NCBI GenBank assembly: GCA_964487545.1
Contig: CAZARI010000010.1
Coordinates: 284-64,283, forward strand
Direction of reading: 5' to 3'
Origin: an uncultured Cryomorphaceae bacterium
GTDB taxonomy: Bacteria; Bacteroidota; Bacteroidia; Flavobacteriales_D; SKUL01
DNA: 64,000 nt
Part shown: positions 26,412 to 37,119 of the stretch, piece after piece
Layout: each line of letters starts with the position of its first letter
Position numbering within the stretch: position 1 is the first letter of the stretch
Notes under the pieces: model-generated
What the model saw: only the letters and a program-made list of their open reading frames with translations
Databases searched by the model: none
What the model was told of the DNA's origin: nothing
Program-made: the position numbers and the translations under genes

Positions 26412-28982
26412 TCAGGCGTCTCCACCGTCACTTTCTTTCTTTTTCTTCTTTTTTGCTTTCTGGACATTCACATTCAAAGCATCAGCTTTTTTGTCAACAT
26501 CCACCAGAATGGTGTCTCCTTCACTAACATTGGAGTTGATGATTTCCTCGGCCAGCGGATCTTCCAGAAACTTCTGGATGGCACGACGCAACGGACGGGC
26601 TCCGAATTTTTCGTCATATCCCTTGTTAACAATATAATCCTTAGCCTCGGGAGTTAGACTGATGTGATATCCCAGATCTTCTAATCGGTGGTACAATTTA
26701 TCGAGCTCGATGTCGATAATTTTGTGAATGTCCTCGCGCGACAATGGATTAAACAACACGATGTCGTCAATCCGGTTTAGAAATTCAGGTGCGAAAGTCT
26801 TTTTCAGTGCGTTTTCAATCACCCCTTTTTGCATATCGGTTTCCTGACTCTTTCGCGATTCGGTGCCAAAACCAACCCCGGTACCGAAATCAGACAATTG
26901 GCGTGCGCCGATGTTCGAAGTCATGATCATGATGGTGTTTCGGAAGTCTATTTTTCTACCCAAACTATCGGTGAGCTGACCATCATCGAGTGCCTGTAGC
27001 AGGAGGTTGAAAACATCGGGATGTGCTTTTTCGATTTCGTCGAGCAAGATAATCGAGTAGGGGTGGCGCCGTACTTTTTCGGTGAGTTGTCCACCCTCTT
27101 CATATCCGACATATCCGGGAGGGGCACCAATCAAACGAGACACCGCAAATTTCTCCATGTACTCGCTCATATCAATCCGAATCAGCGCGTCTTCTGTACT
27201 GAACATCAGTTTGGATAGCTCTTTGGCCAGTTGCGTTTTCCCAACTCCGGTTGGTCCTAGAAAAATGAATGATCCAATGGGTTTGTTAGGATCCTTTAAT
27301 CCGGCGCGATTTCGCTGAATAGCGCGTACCACCTTTTTTACAGCCTCGTCCTGACCGATTACTCTTCCGGTGAGATCATCGCCCATTCGCAGCAATTTCC
27401 CACTTTCTTTCTCGGCAATTCGCTGAACCGGAATTCCGGTCATCATGGCAACTACCTCTTCAACGTCGTCTACAGTTACATTAACCCGGTGATTGCGCGC
27501 GTCCTCTTCCCAGCGCTTTTTTGCTTCTTCGAGTTCTTCATTCAATTGTCGCTCCTTGTCGCGCAGTTTCGCAGCTTCTTCGTATTTCTGGTTGCGGACC
27601 ACTCGGTTTTTCTCTTCTTTGATCTCTTCGATTTTCTTTTCTGCATCGATGATTTCTTGGGGCACATTAATATTGGTAATGTGCACACGGGATCCGACTT
27701 CATCCAGCGCATCAATTGCCTTGTCGGGCAGGTGACGGTCGCTGATGTATCGGGTGGTTAGTACCACACAGGCTTTGATGGCATCGTCGGTATATACCAC
27801 ATTGTGGTGATCTTCATACTTTTCCTTGATATTGTGAAGTATTTGAATGGTCTCTTCAATAGAGGTGGGTTCTACCAGTACCTTTTGAAACCGTCGCTCC
27901 AGGGCGCCGTCTTTTTCGATGTACTGGCGATACTCGTCCAGGGTAGTGGCTCCGATGCATTGAATTTCTCCACGCGCAAGCGCGGGTTTAAACATATTGG
28001 AGGCATCGAGCGAACCCGAAGCCCCACCGGCACCTACAATGGTGTGGATTTCATCGATAAATAGAATCACGTCGGGCGAACGTTCCAGCTCATTCATTAC
28101 GGCTTTCATGCGCTCTTCAAACTGACCGCGGTATTTCGTTCCCGCTACCAACGAGGCCACGTCCAGCGCCACAATTCGTTTATTAAACAATACGCGCGAC
28201 ACCTTTTTCTGGATAATCCGCAGCGCGAGACCTTCGGCAATGGCAGATTTACCAACACCAGGTTCTCCGATCAATACCGGGTTGTTTTTCTTTCGTCGGC
28301 TTAATATTTGAGAAACCCGCTCAATTTCCATTTCCCGACCAACAATCGGATCGAGTTTATCTTCTTCGGCCATCTTCGTCAGATCGCGGCCAAAATTATC
28401 GAGCACCGGTGTTTTTGATTTGCTTTCACCTGATTTTCGTGGTGTTCCTCCGCCAAACGAACTTCCAGCTCCAGCATCGTCGTCATCGTCGGAAGTGCCT
28501 CCTGGAAAATCAGCCCGTGGCTCGTCAAAATCGAGCTCATCTTGGTGCTCAGATGAACCGCGAAGCTCGGATTTTATGGTGTCATAATTAATGTTAAACA
28601 TCAGTAAAGCTTTTGTTGCGACGTTCTCTTCATCTTTTAGAATAGAGAGTAGCAAGTGTTCGGTACCAATAGTGGCACTCTTAAAAATCTTGGCTTCAAG
28701 ATAAGTGATTTTCAACACTTTTTCTGCTTGTTTGACGAGCGGAAGATTTCCCGCAGAACGGTTTTTAGAATTACTTGCTTTGATTGAACTCTCAACCAGT
28801 TGTCGCAAGCGTTGCAAGTCGGTGTTCAACGCTTTGAGAATGCGCACCGCTGTACCCTCGCCTTCGCGAATGATGCCGAGCAGTAAGTGCTCAACTCCTA
28901 TGTAATCGTGACCAAGCCGCAGGGCTTCTTCACGGCTAAAACTGATAACGTCTTTTACTCTTGGTGAAAATTTAGCTTCCAT
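26412..28982 (-). CDS. clpC: ATP-dependent Clp protease ATP-binding subunit (ClpC-type AAA+ chaperone)
   Basis: 856 aa. Two Clp_N repeats, Walker A GEPGVGKS and GPTGVGKT, a UVR-like linker (EKNRVVRNQKYEEAAKLRDKE), sensor motifs, and a short middle domain as in ClpC. Confidence 0.9.
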   Translation of the reverse strand: MEAKFSPRVKDVISFSREEALRLGHDYIGVEHLLLGIIREGEGTAVRILKALNTDLQRLRQLVESSIKASNSKNRSAGNLPLVKQAEKVLKITYLEAKIFKSATIGTEHLLLSILKDEENVATKALLMFNINYDTIKSELRGSSEHQDELDFDEPRADFPGGTSDDDDDAGAGSSFGGGTPRKSGESKSKTPVLDNFGRDLTKMAEEDKLDPIVGREMEIERVSQILSRRKKNNPVLIGEPGVGKSAIAEGLALRIIQKKVSRVLFNKRIVALDVASLVAGTKYRGQFEERMKAVMNELERSPDVILFIDEIHTIVGAGGASGSLDASNMFKPALARGEIQCIGATTLDEYRQYIEKDGALERRFQKVLVEPTSIEETIQILHNIKEKYEDHHNVVYTDDAIKACVVLTTRYISDRHLPDKAIDALDEVGSRVHITNINVPQEIIDAEKKIEEIKEEKNRVVRNQKYEEAAKLRDKERQLNEELEEAKKRWEEDARNHRVNVTVDDVEEVVAMMTGIPVQRIAEKESGKLLRMGDDLTGRVIGQDEAVKKVVRAIQRNRAGLKDPNKPIGSFIFLGPTGVGKTQLAKELSKLMFSTEDALIRIDMSEYMEKFAVSRLIGAPPGYVGYEEGGQLTEKVRRHPYSIILLDEIEKAHPDVFNLLLQALDDGQLTDSLGRKIDFRNTIMIMTSNIGARQLSDFGTGVGFGTESRKSQETDMQKGVIENALKKTFAPEFLNRIDDIVLFNPLSREDIHKIIDIELDKLYHRLEDLGYHISLTPEAKDYIVNKGYDEKFGARPLRRAIQKFLEDPLAEEIINSNVSEGDTILVDVDKKADALNVNVQKAKKKKKKESDGGDA

Positions 28983-29069
28983 AATGATTGTTTCGCCTCC
29001 TTAACGGATCCTGTTTCGCGTTTATTACTCTGCACAGGTATCCTAAGTTACAGTATTTTTAGGTGTTTT

Positions 29070-29077
29070 CAAATTTA
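29070..29077 (-). promoter_or_regulatory. Candidate -7 box (TAAATTTG) for clpC
   Basis: Plus-strand CAAATTTA, 88 nt upstream of ATG 28982. This would imply an ~80-nt leader. Confidence 0.3.
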
Positions 29078-29235
29078 GAACAAGTACCTTTGGGCCATAG
29101 TTGAAAAACAGTCCAATTATCAACAAAATTTTGTTTAAAACAAAGCCCCCGCAAAAGCCGGTCAGGCCGTGTAAATTGGCTATTTTCGGGCACTTTTGTG
29201 CTAAATCGGAACACTTTAAAATATAACAGTTGAAA

Positions 29236-31824
29236 ATGGAAAAAGGCGAAAGAATAATACCGATTAAAATTGAGGATGAAATGCGCTCGGCCTACATCGA
29301 TTATTCGATGTCGGTTATCGTTTCGCGTGCACTTCCTGATGTCAGAGATGGATTAAAGCCCGTGCATCGACGTGTGCTCTACGGGATGCTAGATCTGGGC
29401 GTTATGTCGAATAGACCCCATAAAAAATCGGCGAGAATTGTTGGAGAGGTCTTGGGTAAATATCACCCGCATGGAGACACTTCGGTTTACGATACCATGG
29501 TGAGAATGGCGCAAGATTGGTCTTTGCGATACCCAATGGTTGATGGTCAGGGTAACTTCGGATCGGTTGATGGTGACAGTCCAGCAGCGATGCGATATAC
29601 CGAGGCACGACTGCGAAAAATTGCCGAAGAAATGCTGGCTGACCTCGACAAAGACACGGTTGATTTCACTGCCAATTTCGACGACTCACTCAAGGAACCC
29701 ACAGTGTTGCCGGCAAAAGTTCCGCAACTTTTAATGAACGGAGCCAGTGGAATTGCCGTAGGAATGGCCACCAACATGGCACCCCATAACCTTACAGAAG
29801 TTATCAACGGGGTCATCGCCTATATCGACAACCGCGAAATTGATGTGGATGGCTTGATGGAGTTTATTAAAGCACCTGACTTTCCTACTGGTGGAATTAT
29901 TTATGGCTACGAAGGGGTTCGTGATGCGTTTCATACCGGACGCGGCAGGGTAGTGATTCGCGCCAAGGCCGAAATTGAAGAAATTAGATCAGAACGCGAG
30001 GCCATTATTGTTACGGAAATTCCCTATCAGGTGAATAAAGCCGAAATGATTAAGCGTACTGCAGAATTGGTTAACGATAAAAAGATTGAGGGTATTTCTG
30101 ATTTGCGCGATGAAAGTGACCGGCACGGAATGCGCATTGTCTATGAATTAAAACGAGATGCCATTCCAAACGTAGTGCTCAATACTTTGTATAAGTACAC
30201 TGCATTACAAACTTCATTTTCAGTAAATAACGTTGCCTTGGTTAAAGGGCGGCCTGAAATGCTCAACTTGCTCGATCTCGTTCATCACTTTGTGGAACAC
30301 CGCCACGAAGTAGTGATTCGCCGAACACAATATGAACTCAAGAAAGCAGAAGATCGTGCTCACATTCTGGAGGGTTTGTTGATTGCCTTGGATCATTTAG
30401 ACGAGGTTATCGCCTTGATTCGCGCCAGCCGAACTCCCGAAGATGCCCGAAACGGATTGATGGAGAAATTTTCGCTTTCCGAACTTCAAGCCCGAGCCAT
30501 TCTCGATTTGAGACTTCAAAAACTCACCGGTTTAGAGCGCGATAAGATTAAGGAAGAGCACGACGAGCTGATGAAGTTGATTGAGTATTTGAAAGCTGTT
30601 CTCGCCGATGAAGGTCTCCGTATGAAAATCATCAAGGATGAGCTGATCGAGATGAAAGACAAATACGGAGATGAGCGACGGTCGGTCATTGAGTATTCTG
30701 CATCAGAAATGAGCATCGAAGATTTGATTCCGGATGATGCCGTGGTGGTCACCATTTCTCATCTGGGATACATTAAAAGAACCAGCTTGCTCGAATATAA
30801 AACGCAGGCCCGAGGTGGAGTGGGGTCTCGTGGAAGCACTACACGCGATGAAGATTTTCTGGAACACCTATTTGTCGCAACCAACCACAATTACCTGCTG
30901 ATTTTTACTGAAAAAGGAAAATGTTTCTGGATGCGTGTATTTGAAATTCCCGAAGGAACCAAGGCTTCAAAAGGCCGCGCCATTCAAAACATGATCAATA
31001 TCGAACCCGACGACAGGGTAATGGCTTATATCAATGTCCAAAATCTGAAAGACGACGATTATATTAATAGCCACTACGTTATCATGGCCACTAAAAACGG
31101 CGTAGTTAAGAAGACTTCACTCGAGTCATATTCACGTCCGCGCGCCAATGGCATCAACGCTATTACTATTAAAGAAGGCGATCAATTACTCGCCGCCCGA
31201 CTCACCAACGGAGAATCTGAAATTATTCTGGCTAAACGATCGGGCAAAGCCATTCGCTTCAATGAATCGACGGTTCGTGCCGTTGGAAGAAATGCTCAGG
31301 GAGTAAAAGGAGTTACGCTCGAAGGAAAAGATGACGAAGTAGTGGGGATGGTATGTGTGTCGGAGGATGACGCAACGATTCTTGTGGTGTCTGAAAAAGG
31401 ATACGGAAAACGCACCTACCTGAACGATCCGGAAACAGGCGAGCCCATTTATCGCATCACCAACCGCGGAGGAAAAGGAGTTAAAACACTAAATGTCACC
31501 GACAAAACTGGTGCTTTAATTGCCATTCGGTCGGTAACTGATAACGATGATTTAATGATTATCAATAAATCAGGCATCGTAATCCGTATGCGGGTAAAAG
31601 ATATGCGGGTGATGGGTCGCGCCACCCAAGGTGTTCGGTTGATTAATTTGAGAAACGGTGATTCCATTGCGGCAGTTGCCAAGGTGGAAGTAGAAACCGA
31701 CGACGAAGATCTCATTGATGATGTGGCCGAGGTCAACGACGAAGCCGCTGATGATACCAGCACCCCACCTGACAATCCTGATAATGGCGCGGATGTTGAT
31801 GACGACAACGGAGAAAATTTATAG
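29236..31824 (+). CDS. gyrA: DNA gyrase subunit A
   Basis: [20 protein letters not shown] context [17 protein letters not shown], active-site [10 protein letters not shown], a beta-pinwheel CTD and an acidic C-terminal tail. ATG 29236 is preferred over TTG 29230. Confidence 0.95.
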   Translation: MEKGERIIPIKIEDEMRSAYIDYSMSVIVSRALPDVRDGLKPVHRRVLYGMLDLGVMSNRPHKKSARIVGEVLGKYHPHGDTSVYDTMVRMAQDWSLRYPMVDGQGNFGSVDGDSPAAMRYTEARLRKIAEEMLADLDKDTVDFTANFDDSLKEPTVLPAKVPQLLMNGASGIAVGMATNMAPHNLTEVINGVIAYIDNREIDVDGLMEFIKAPDFPTGGIIYGYEGVRDAFHTGRGRVVIRAKAEIEEIRSEREAIIVTEIPYQVNKAEMIKRTAELVNDKKIEGISDLRDESDRHGMRIVYELKRDAIPNVVLNTLYKYTALQTSFSVNNVALVKGRPEMLNLLDLVHHFVEHRHEVVIRRTQYELKKAEDRAHILEGLLIALDHLDEVIALIRASRTPEDARNGLMEKFSLSELQARAILDLRLQKLTGLERDKIKEEHDELMKLIEYLKAVLADEGLRMKIIKDELIEMKDKYGDERRSVIEYSASEMSIEDLIPDDAVVVTISHLGYIKRTSLLEYKTQARGGVGSRGSTTRDEDFLEHLFVATNHNYLLIFTEKGKCFWMRVFEIPEGTKASKGRAIQNMINIEPDDRVMAYINVQNLKDDDYINSHYVIMATKNGVVKKTSLESYSRPRANGINAITIKEGDQLLAARLTNGESEIILAKRSGKAIRFNESTVRAVGRNAQGVKGVTLEGKDDEVVGMVCVSEDDATILVVSEKGYGKRTYLNDPETGEPIYRITNRGGKGVKTLNVTDKTGALIAIRSVTDNDDLMIINKSGIVIRMRVKDMRVMGRATQGVRLINLRNGDSIAAVAKVEVETDDEDLIDDVAEVNDEAADDTSTPPDNPDNGADVDDDNGENL

Positions 31825-31853
31825 TTTTATAACCTGAAAGAAAATAAACAATC

Positions 31854-32996
31854 ATGAAGAAGCAAATTCTGAGCGGAATACTCGTGCTTTTTGTAGCTGG
31901 CGGATTGATGGCTCAAAACAACAAAAGAACCACCGCTTATAATTATATGCGTGACGGAGATCTGGCTAAAGCACTGGAGTACATTGAACCCACAATTGAA
32001 CATGATAGAACCAAAGACAACGAGAAAACCTGGCGCTATCGGGGTCAGATTTATTCGTTGATTGCAGGCTCTGAAAACGAAGAATACAAAAACCTTCACC
32101 CCAACCCGGTTCAAGAAGCTGCACGAAGTTTTCAAAAGGCCATGGAGCTGGATGCACGCGGCACGTATGAGCGAGAAAACTTGCAGGCGCTATCAGTAGT
32201 TCAGCAGCAAGCAAACTTTTATGCTGGTCAACATTTCAATGAAAATCAGTTCAATAAATCTTATGAGAATTTTAAATTGGCAGCAGAGCTTGCTCAGGAT
32301 CTAGGTGCCATCGACACCGTGGCCATTTATAATGCCGGTTTGGCTGCTGAGCGCGGCGAAATGTATCCTCAGGCACTCGAGCAATACCAGCAATCCATTG
32401 CACTGGGCTATCTCGATGGCCGAATGTATGTGTTCACCGCTATGCTACACGAAACAATGGGCAACGATAATGAATACATCGCGCTGGTAAGAGAAGGTCG
32501 AAGCAGATATCCCACCGATACCGACCTGATTAGGCTGGAGCTGAATTACTACCTGCAAAACGATCAGTTTGAGGAAGCAGAAAATAACCTAAAACTGGCC
32601 ATTGCCGAAGATCCTAATGATAAGGCATTGCAATTTGCGCTGGGAGTAGTGTACGACAACCTTGGACGAGTTGAAGATGCCGCCGCTGCATACAGTAAGG
32701 CCGTCGAAGTTGATGCCGATTATTTTGATGCACTGTATAACCTTGGAGCTTTATACTACAACCGAGCAGTAGAATTAAACCAGGAAGCCAATGATTCACC
32801 GGATGATAAGGTATATCAACAAAAAAGGGCAGAAGCTGCCGAATATTTCAACTTGGCTGAGCCTTTTCTTGACCGGGCACGTGTTATAGAACCGGATGAT
32901 ATGAATACTTTGAATTCACTGCGTCAGTTGTACGCATTCACCAATCAAACTGAAAAGTATACCGAAATCCGTCAGGAAATCGAATCCAAACAGTAA
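31854..32996 (+). CDS. Tetratricopeptide-repeat (TPR) protein, exported
   Basis: 380 aa with a signal peptide. Repeated A..Y..A/L...P helical-pair periodicity (e.g. AAAAYSKAVEVDADYFDALYNLGALYYN). Starts 29 nt after gyrA, so it is probably co-transcribed. Confidence 0.7.
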   Translation: MKKQILSGILVLFVAGGLMAQNNKRTTAYNYMRDGDLAKALEYIEPTIEHDRTKDNEKTWRYRGQIYSLIAGSENEEYKNLHPNPVQEAARSFQKAMELDARGTYERENLQALSVVQQQANFYAGQHFNENQFNKSYENFKLAAELAQDLGAIDTVAIYNAGLAAERGEMYPQALEQYQQSIALGYLDGRMYVFTAMLHETMGNDNEYIALVREGRSRYPTDTDLIRLELNYYLQNDQFEEAENNLKLAIAEDPNDKALQFALGVVYDNLGRVEDAAAAYSKAVEVDADYFDALYNLGALYYNRAVELNQEANDSPDDKVYQQKRAEAAEYFNLAEPFLDRARVIEPDDMNTLNSLRQLYAFTNQTEKYTEIRQEIESKQ

Positions 32997-33021
32997 TTGC
33001 CTTTCGGACTATAAATTACCC

Positions 33022-33053
33022 GGCTGTCTGGTTTTTCAGGCAGCCTTTTTTTT
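33022..33053 (+). terminator. Rho-independent terminator after the gyrA / TPR-protein unit
   Basis: GGCTGTCTG-GTTTTT-CAGGCAGCC (one G.U-compatible position) followed by eight T residues. Confidence 0.75.
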
Positions 33054-33080
33054 GGGGTTTGCATAGTCGTAAAGATGGAA

Positions 33081-33272
33081 GCAATGATTTCGGTTTAGAA
33101 TGGATCGAGCGTGGTAAATGGTTGGAGGTTTTGCGATAAGTTCTTTTGAATAGGTTAGCTGAGAATAGTGTGTTTGAAATAAACTATTTAACATAAGCAA
33201 TGATTTCGGTTTAGAATGATCAAGCGTGGGAAATGGTTGGAGGTTTTGTTTGAAATATTCTATTTAACATAA
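33081..33272. repeat. Degenerate two-copy tandem duplication in an ORF-free spacer
   Basis: Unit 1 is 33081-33196 and unit 2 is 33197-33272. The 53-nt head gcaatgatttcggtttagaatggatcgagcgtggtaaatggttggaggttttg recurs with 3 differences counted by eye. The 25-nt tail gtttgaaataaactatttaacataa recurs with 2 differences. Unit 2 lacks 38 nt (33134-33171). Confidence 0.8.
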
Positions 33273-33484
33273 TATAAATTATAGGACAGAAGGGCGGTCG
33301 CTTTTTGGATGGGTTCCTTGAGAGTTGTTGGGATTTATGTTGTTGGGATTTTTTTGGATCATTTTTGTTGATGCCAAAGATTCACCCACGTTTGTTCTGA
33401 AATAACTGCAAATATTTTCCGTGGGTTAAATCATCGATTTCATTCCAGAAGAATTGGAGCAACAAACGGTGAAGAATTACTCCG

Positions 33485-33492
33485 TACTTTTG
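33485..33492 (+). promoter_or_regulatory. Candidate -7 box (TACTTTTG) for the redoxin gene
   Basis: Exact TAnnTTTG, 25 nt upstream of ATG 33518. The track TTG start at 33500 would leave only 7 nt. Confidence 0.4.
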
Positions 33493-33517
33493 GGCAAAAT
33501 TGAAATCTTCGCAGCTG

Positions 33518-34210
33518 ATGAACTATAAACTTCCTATCGCCATTTTGAGTCTTTGCCTTTTGGCTTGTAATCCTGCTCAACAAACCGAAACCGACCAGCC
33601 GCCATCGTCCACAGAAATCGCTGATGAATCGGGTTCAGAAATACAACAGCCTGATATTAAAAAGCTCGGAATGAATGATAATCCGGATGGATTAGCGGTT
33701 GGAGATCGCGTTCCGCAGATTAATTATCAAACTGAAACTGGTGAGGAAATGCCCTTTGCAGAATTGTATCAAAATCAGCCACTGGTATTGATTTTTTACC
33801 GCGGATTCTGGTGTCCAGCCTGTAATAAGCATTTGGCGGAAATTTCTGACCGCGCGAATGAAATTGAACAAGCCGGAGCAAAAATAGTCGCCATTACAGC
33901 CGAAAGCTACGAAAGCGCTGACCAAACCATCGACAATACGGGTGTCGATTTCACGGTTATTTCTGACAAAGACGGCAGTCTGATGCGCGCATTTGATGTA
34001 CGGTTTGAAGTCACTGAAGAATACCAGGATATCGTGGTTGAAAATTACGGAACCACACTCAGCGACATCAGCTCCATCGACGAGGTCGTTTTGCCCGTTC
34101 CGGCCACGTACATCATCAACCCTGACGGTGAGATTGTTTACAAGCACTTCAACCCCGACTACAAGCAACGTGCTTCAGTCGACGATATTTTGGGAAATTT
34201 GCCAGAGTAA
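33518..34210 (+). CDS. Thioredoxin-fold redoxin (AhpC/TSA-like) lipoprotein
   Basis: From ATG 33518: MNYKLPIAILSLCLLACNP (lipobox), then a low-complexity linker, then LVLIFYRGFWCPACNKHL with a CxxC-type active site. Confidence 0.75.
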   Translation: MNYKLPIAILSLCLLACNPAQQTETDQPPSSTEIADESGSEIQQPDIKKLGMNDNPDGLAVGDRVPQINYQTETGEEMPFAELYQNQPLVLIFYRGFWCPACNKHLAEISDRANEIEQAGAKIVAITAESYESADQTIDNTGVDFTVISDKDGSLMRAFDVRFEVTEEYQDIVVENYGTTLSDISSIDEVVLPVPATYIINPDGEIVYKHFNPDYKQRASVDDILGNLPE

Positions 34211-34239
34211 ACCCTAGTGGTTGGGCTTTTTATGAGCCC

Positions 34240-37005
34240 CTACCGCCCACTTCTAAAGTCCCTGAGATTCCAGGTAAAAGTCAACATAAAATAGCGCTGC
34301 AACACGTTGGTTTCGGAATCTTCGATATAGACGTCGGTCACGTTGCGACTTACGCTGGTGTTGGCTCCCAATAAATCGTATGCCTGTAAACGCAGTTCCG
34401 CCTGATTGTTTTTGAGGAACTTATAGCCAAATCCGCTGTTGAGCAACACAAAGCTTTGGTTGTAGCCTTCGGTTAAACCCGAGTAGTATTGGTGGTTAAA
34501 CGATGCGCTGAAAACCAATCCTTTCCAAATGATAAAGTCGGCGTCAATGCGGGTCGATTGATTGAAGTATTCATTGTTCAGGTTGCTTTGAAGCGTATTA
34601 AAGACCCAGTTGTACGAAGAGTTCGAATTAATCGTGAAATCTACGCGTTCGCTGATATTGCTACCCAGGGTGATGCCCAGTCCGACCGAAGGTGTTTCAG
34701 AAAAATTGAGTTCGCCGTTAATTACTCCCGGTGTGCGCGTGTATCGAAACGATCCGTTGATATTCAAGTTTGATCTTAGCCATTGAATAGGCATTCCGTA
34801 TGAAGCAAAACTGCGCAGACTAAACTGACCGTCGAGGTTTACAGGCTTTACCAGTTGTCCGCCGCGTGGTAAAATCACTTGTTCTGCAATCAGGGTATCG
34901 CGTTGGGCAACAATGGTTGAATTTCCGATGTAGTTATTGGTATAGGTAAACCCTCCTCCGACAAAAAATGTGGTGGACTTCTCGATATTCGACGCAGAAT
35001 AGCGCAGGAACAACATGTGCCGGTAGTCTTGTTTTAAATCGGGATTTCCGGTTGACAGTCGAACTGGATTGCTGTTGTCGAGCACGTTTTGCAACTGCCT
35101 GATGGATGGCGGATTATTTCGGGTCCGATAAAAAATGCGCAAGTTCTTTTTGTCCGTAAACTTATAATTGATTTGTGCATTGGGCAGCAATGCCTGAAAG
35201 TTTTGCCGGCCGCTGATCTCCAGAGGAAATTGCTGCTGAGTGGCCAATTCCGACCACTGGTAAGACAATCCAAGCGTCATTTGAAGTCGTTCCCAGTTCT
35301 GGCGATATTCACTACCCAATTGTTGTGTGTGATAGGTGTTTTTGAAGACGTTGTTCAAAATACTGTCGCGAATGTCGTACGCAGCACTGATTGGATTATA
35401 ACTGAAAGTTTCCTGACGCGAGTCGTCAAAATTATAATTAGCACGCCAGTTGAGCTGCAACATTCCCCGCTCTCCTACCGGTTCGGTATACGACACCGAC
35501 GACCCAAGGCGGTATCCGTGTGCATTTAGCTCACCCACCTGATCGAGACTGTCCACATATAGGCTGTCTTCAAAAAAGCGATTTTCAGAAATCAGGTGAT
35601 TGTCGCCTTGGCCCGAATTGTAAGATGGCGTTAATTGCACTGAAATGGTTCGTCGCGGCGTTTTGAACTTGCGCCGATACAACAAAGGCGCAGAGAAATC
35701 GAGTGATGCATAATGCGTTTCAAACTCGCGGTGTGAAGTGTTGGCCAGCCCAAACCCACTTCTGTTTTCACTGAACAAAATACTGTTGCCATTGCTGGTG
35801 CTATAATTGAAACGCGGAGTGAAAATAACCGAGTTCATCGAATCGATTTCATATTCAAGCCGCATATTGAACTGGTGTTGGTCACTGATTTCATTTAATC
35901 GCTCCGACTCTTCAAAGACCAAATCATTGGATTCACCAAAAACAAATTCCCTAACCAATTGATTTTGTACGGTGCGATCGCTCCTGTTAAAGAAATAACT
36001 GGCATTGATCTTCATTTTTTCGCCCCACTCATCGGTAAAGTTAATTCCGCCAGCATGGGTTTGGGCAATACCGTTGCGCGCTCCAACCGAGAAATTACCG
36101 GTTCCTCCTCCCCTTCCTCCACGCCTTCGGCCACTGGCACCTGCAACACCAGAGAGATCGTCAGCCGCAAAATTTTGCTGGTTGACGTTGTTGCTTTGAA
36201 ACAACAGCGTGATACGTCGCGCATCATTAAAAAAATTGATATTTCCACCGAGCTTATATCGTGATTCGTTGCCATAACCGGCATACACCCGCCCGAATGT
36301 GCCGTTTCGGTATTCGGGTCTCGTCACAATGTTGATCGTTTTCCCTTCCTCGCCGTCATCAAAGCCGGTGAATTGACTTTGGTCGCTGCGGTGATCAAAA
36401 ACCTGAATCTTATCCACGGCTTCTGCCGGCATATTGCGAAGCGTGGCCCTTGCATCTTCACCAAAGAAAGTTTTACCATCAACAGTTACTTTTTTCACCT
36501 CTTCACCTTGGGCCTGAATTTGTCCACCGTCGATATAAATTCCCGCCATTTTCTGAATCAGGTCCTCGGTGCTTGCATCGGGATTTACCTTAAAAGCATC
36601 CGCATTGTATTGGGTGGTATCGCCCATTTGGGTGCTTTGGTGCATTTGCTCTTCTACGGTGAATGTGCTGATGGCAATGGCTGCTATGTCGAGCAAAACA
36701 TCGTCCATCATGGTCGAAGCTGTTTGCAATTCTGCCGATCGGTATTCGGGGTGATACCCGACAAAACTAACGCGCAAAAGATAGTTTTCCGGTGCAAGGT
36801 GCTCAATCTTAAATCTTCCTTCAACATCTGTGGTTGTGCCGCGAACCAATGATGAATCTGCCAGATTGAGCACCACAACGCTGGCTCCGGGCAATGAAAT
36901 GTTATTGCTGCTGTCAAGCACTCTTCCTGAAACAAAACGGTCAGTCTGACCATTTGCCACGGTTGCTAAAATGATTCCGAAAAGTAAAAAGAGAAACTTC
37001 TTCAA
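34240..37005 (-). CDS. TonB-dependent-receptor-like outer-membrane beta-barrel protein with N-terminal carboxypeptidase-regulatory-like domain
   Basis: 921 aa with a signal peptide. CarbopepD_reg-like VSGRVLDSSNNISLPGASVVV..TTTDVEGRFKI, a plug-like segment, a Gly/Arg-rich loop, a long beta-strand-rich body and a C-terminal aromatic-rich end (MLTFTWNL). Confidence 0.75.
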   Translation of the reverse strand: MKKFLFLLFGIILATVANGQTDRFVSGRVLDSSNNISLPGASVVVLNLADSSLVRGTTTDVEGRFKIEHLAPENYLLRVSFVGYHPEYRSAELQTASTMMDDVLLDIAAIAISTFTVEEQMHQSTQMGDTTQYNADAFKVNPDASTEDLIQKMAGIYIDGGQIQAQGEEVKKVTVDGKTFFGEDARATLRNMPAEAVDKIQVFDHRSDQSQFTGFDDGEEGKTINIVTRPEYRNGTFGRVYAGYGNESRYKLGGNINFFNDARRITLLFQSNNVNQQNFAADDLSGVAGASGRRRGGRGGGTGNFSVGARNGIAQTHAGGINFTDEWGEKMKINASYFFNRSDRTVQNQLVREFVFGESNDLVFEESERLNEISDQHQFNMRLEYEIDSMNSVIFTPRFNYSTSNGNSILFSENRSGFGLANTSHREFETHYASLDFSAPLLYRRKFKTPRRTISVQLTPSYNSGQGDNHLISENRFFEDSLYVDSLDQVGELNAHGYRLGSSVSYTEPVGERGMLQLNWRANYNFDDSRQETFSYNPISAAYDIRDSILNNVFKNTYHTQQLGSEYRQNWERLQMTLGLSYQWSELATQQQFPLEISGRQNFQALLPNAQINYKFTDKKNLRIFYRTRNNPPSIRQLQNVLDNSNPVRLSTGNPDLKQDYRHMLFLRYSASNIEKSTTFFVGGGFTYTNNYIGNSTIVAQRDTLIAEQVILPRGGQLVKPVNLDGQFSLRSFASYGMPIQWLRSNLNINGSFRYTRTPGVINGELNFSETPSVGLGITLGSNISERVDFTINSNSSYNWVFNTLQSNLNNEYFNQSTRIDADFIIWKGLVFSASFNHQYYSGLTEGYNQSFVLLNSGFGYKFLKNNQAELRLQAYDLLGANTSVSRNVTDVYIEDSETNVLQRYFMLTFTWNLRDFRSGR

Positions 37006-37119
37006 GGCTGAAAACTTAATGTCGCGGCTGCCTCAGGCAAATGCCACGCCAAGATAAGTCTTTCGGGATAGTCGGCTGAATAGAAATATATATATGGCTA
37101 AGAATACGATGGTTAAAAT

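Noticed and set aside
26412-26470. Poly-lysine C-terminus of ClpC (KAKKKKKKESDGGDA), considered as a possible slippery or frameshift tract.
   Set aside because: The DNA is a mixed AAG/AAA/GAA run, not a long homopolymer. The ORF terminates normally right before a strong bidirectional terminator. It is likely just a charged tail.
31680-31824. Highly acidic ~45-aa C-terminal tail of GyrA.
   Set aside because: Acidic tails are a known feature of GyrA C-terminal domains in several bacteria, so this is not unusual enough to flag.
33324-33351. Short 13-nt direct repeat with 15-nt period in the ORF-free spacer. I considered a CRISPR-like or other array.
   Set aside because: There are only two copies, the repeat is far too short, the spacer is 2 nt, and no cas genes are present. 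I report it only as a mini-repeat within the spacer finding.
34240-37119. Possibility that the TonB-dependent-receptor-like gene downstream of glgB belongs to the glucan operon, for example in maltooligosaccharide uptake.
   Set aside because: A 114-nt gap separates them, no SusD-like partner gene is present, and the receptor belongs to the CarbopepD_reg plus beta-barrel class that is scattered throughout Bacteroidota genomes. Linkage is unsupported by sequence alone.
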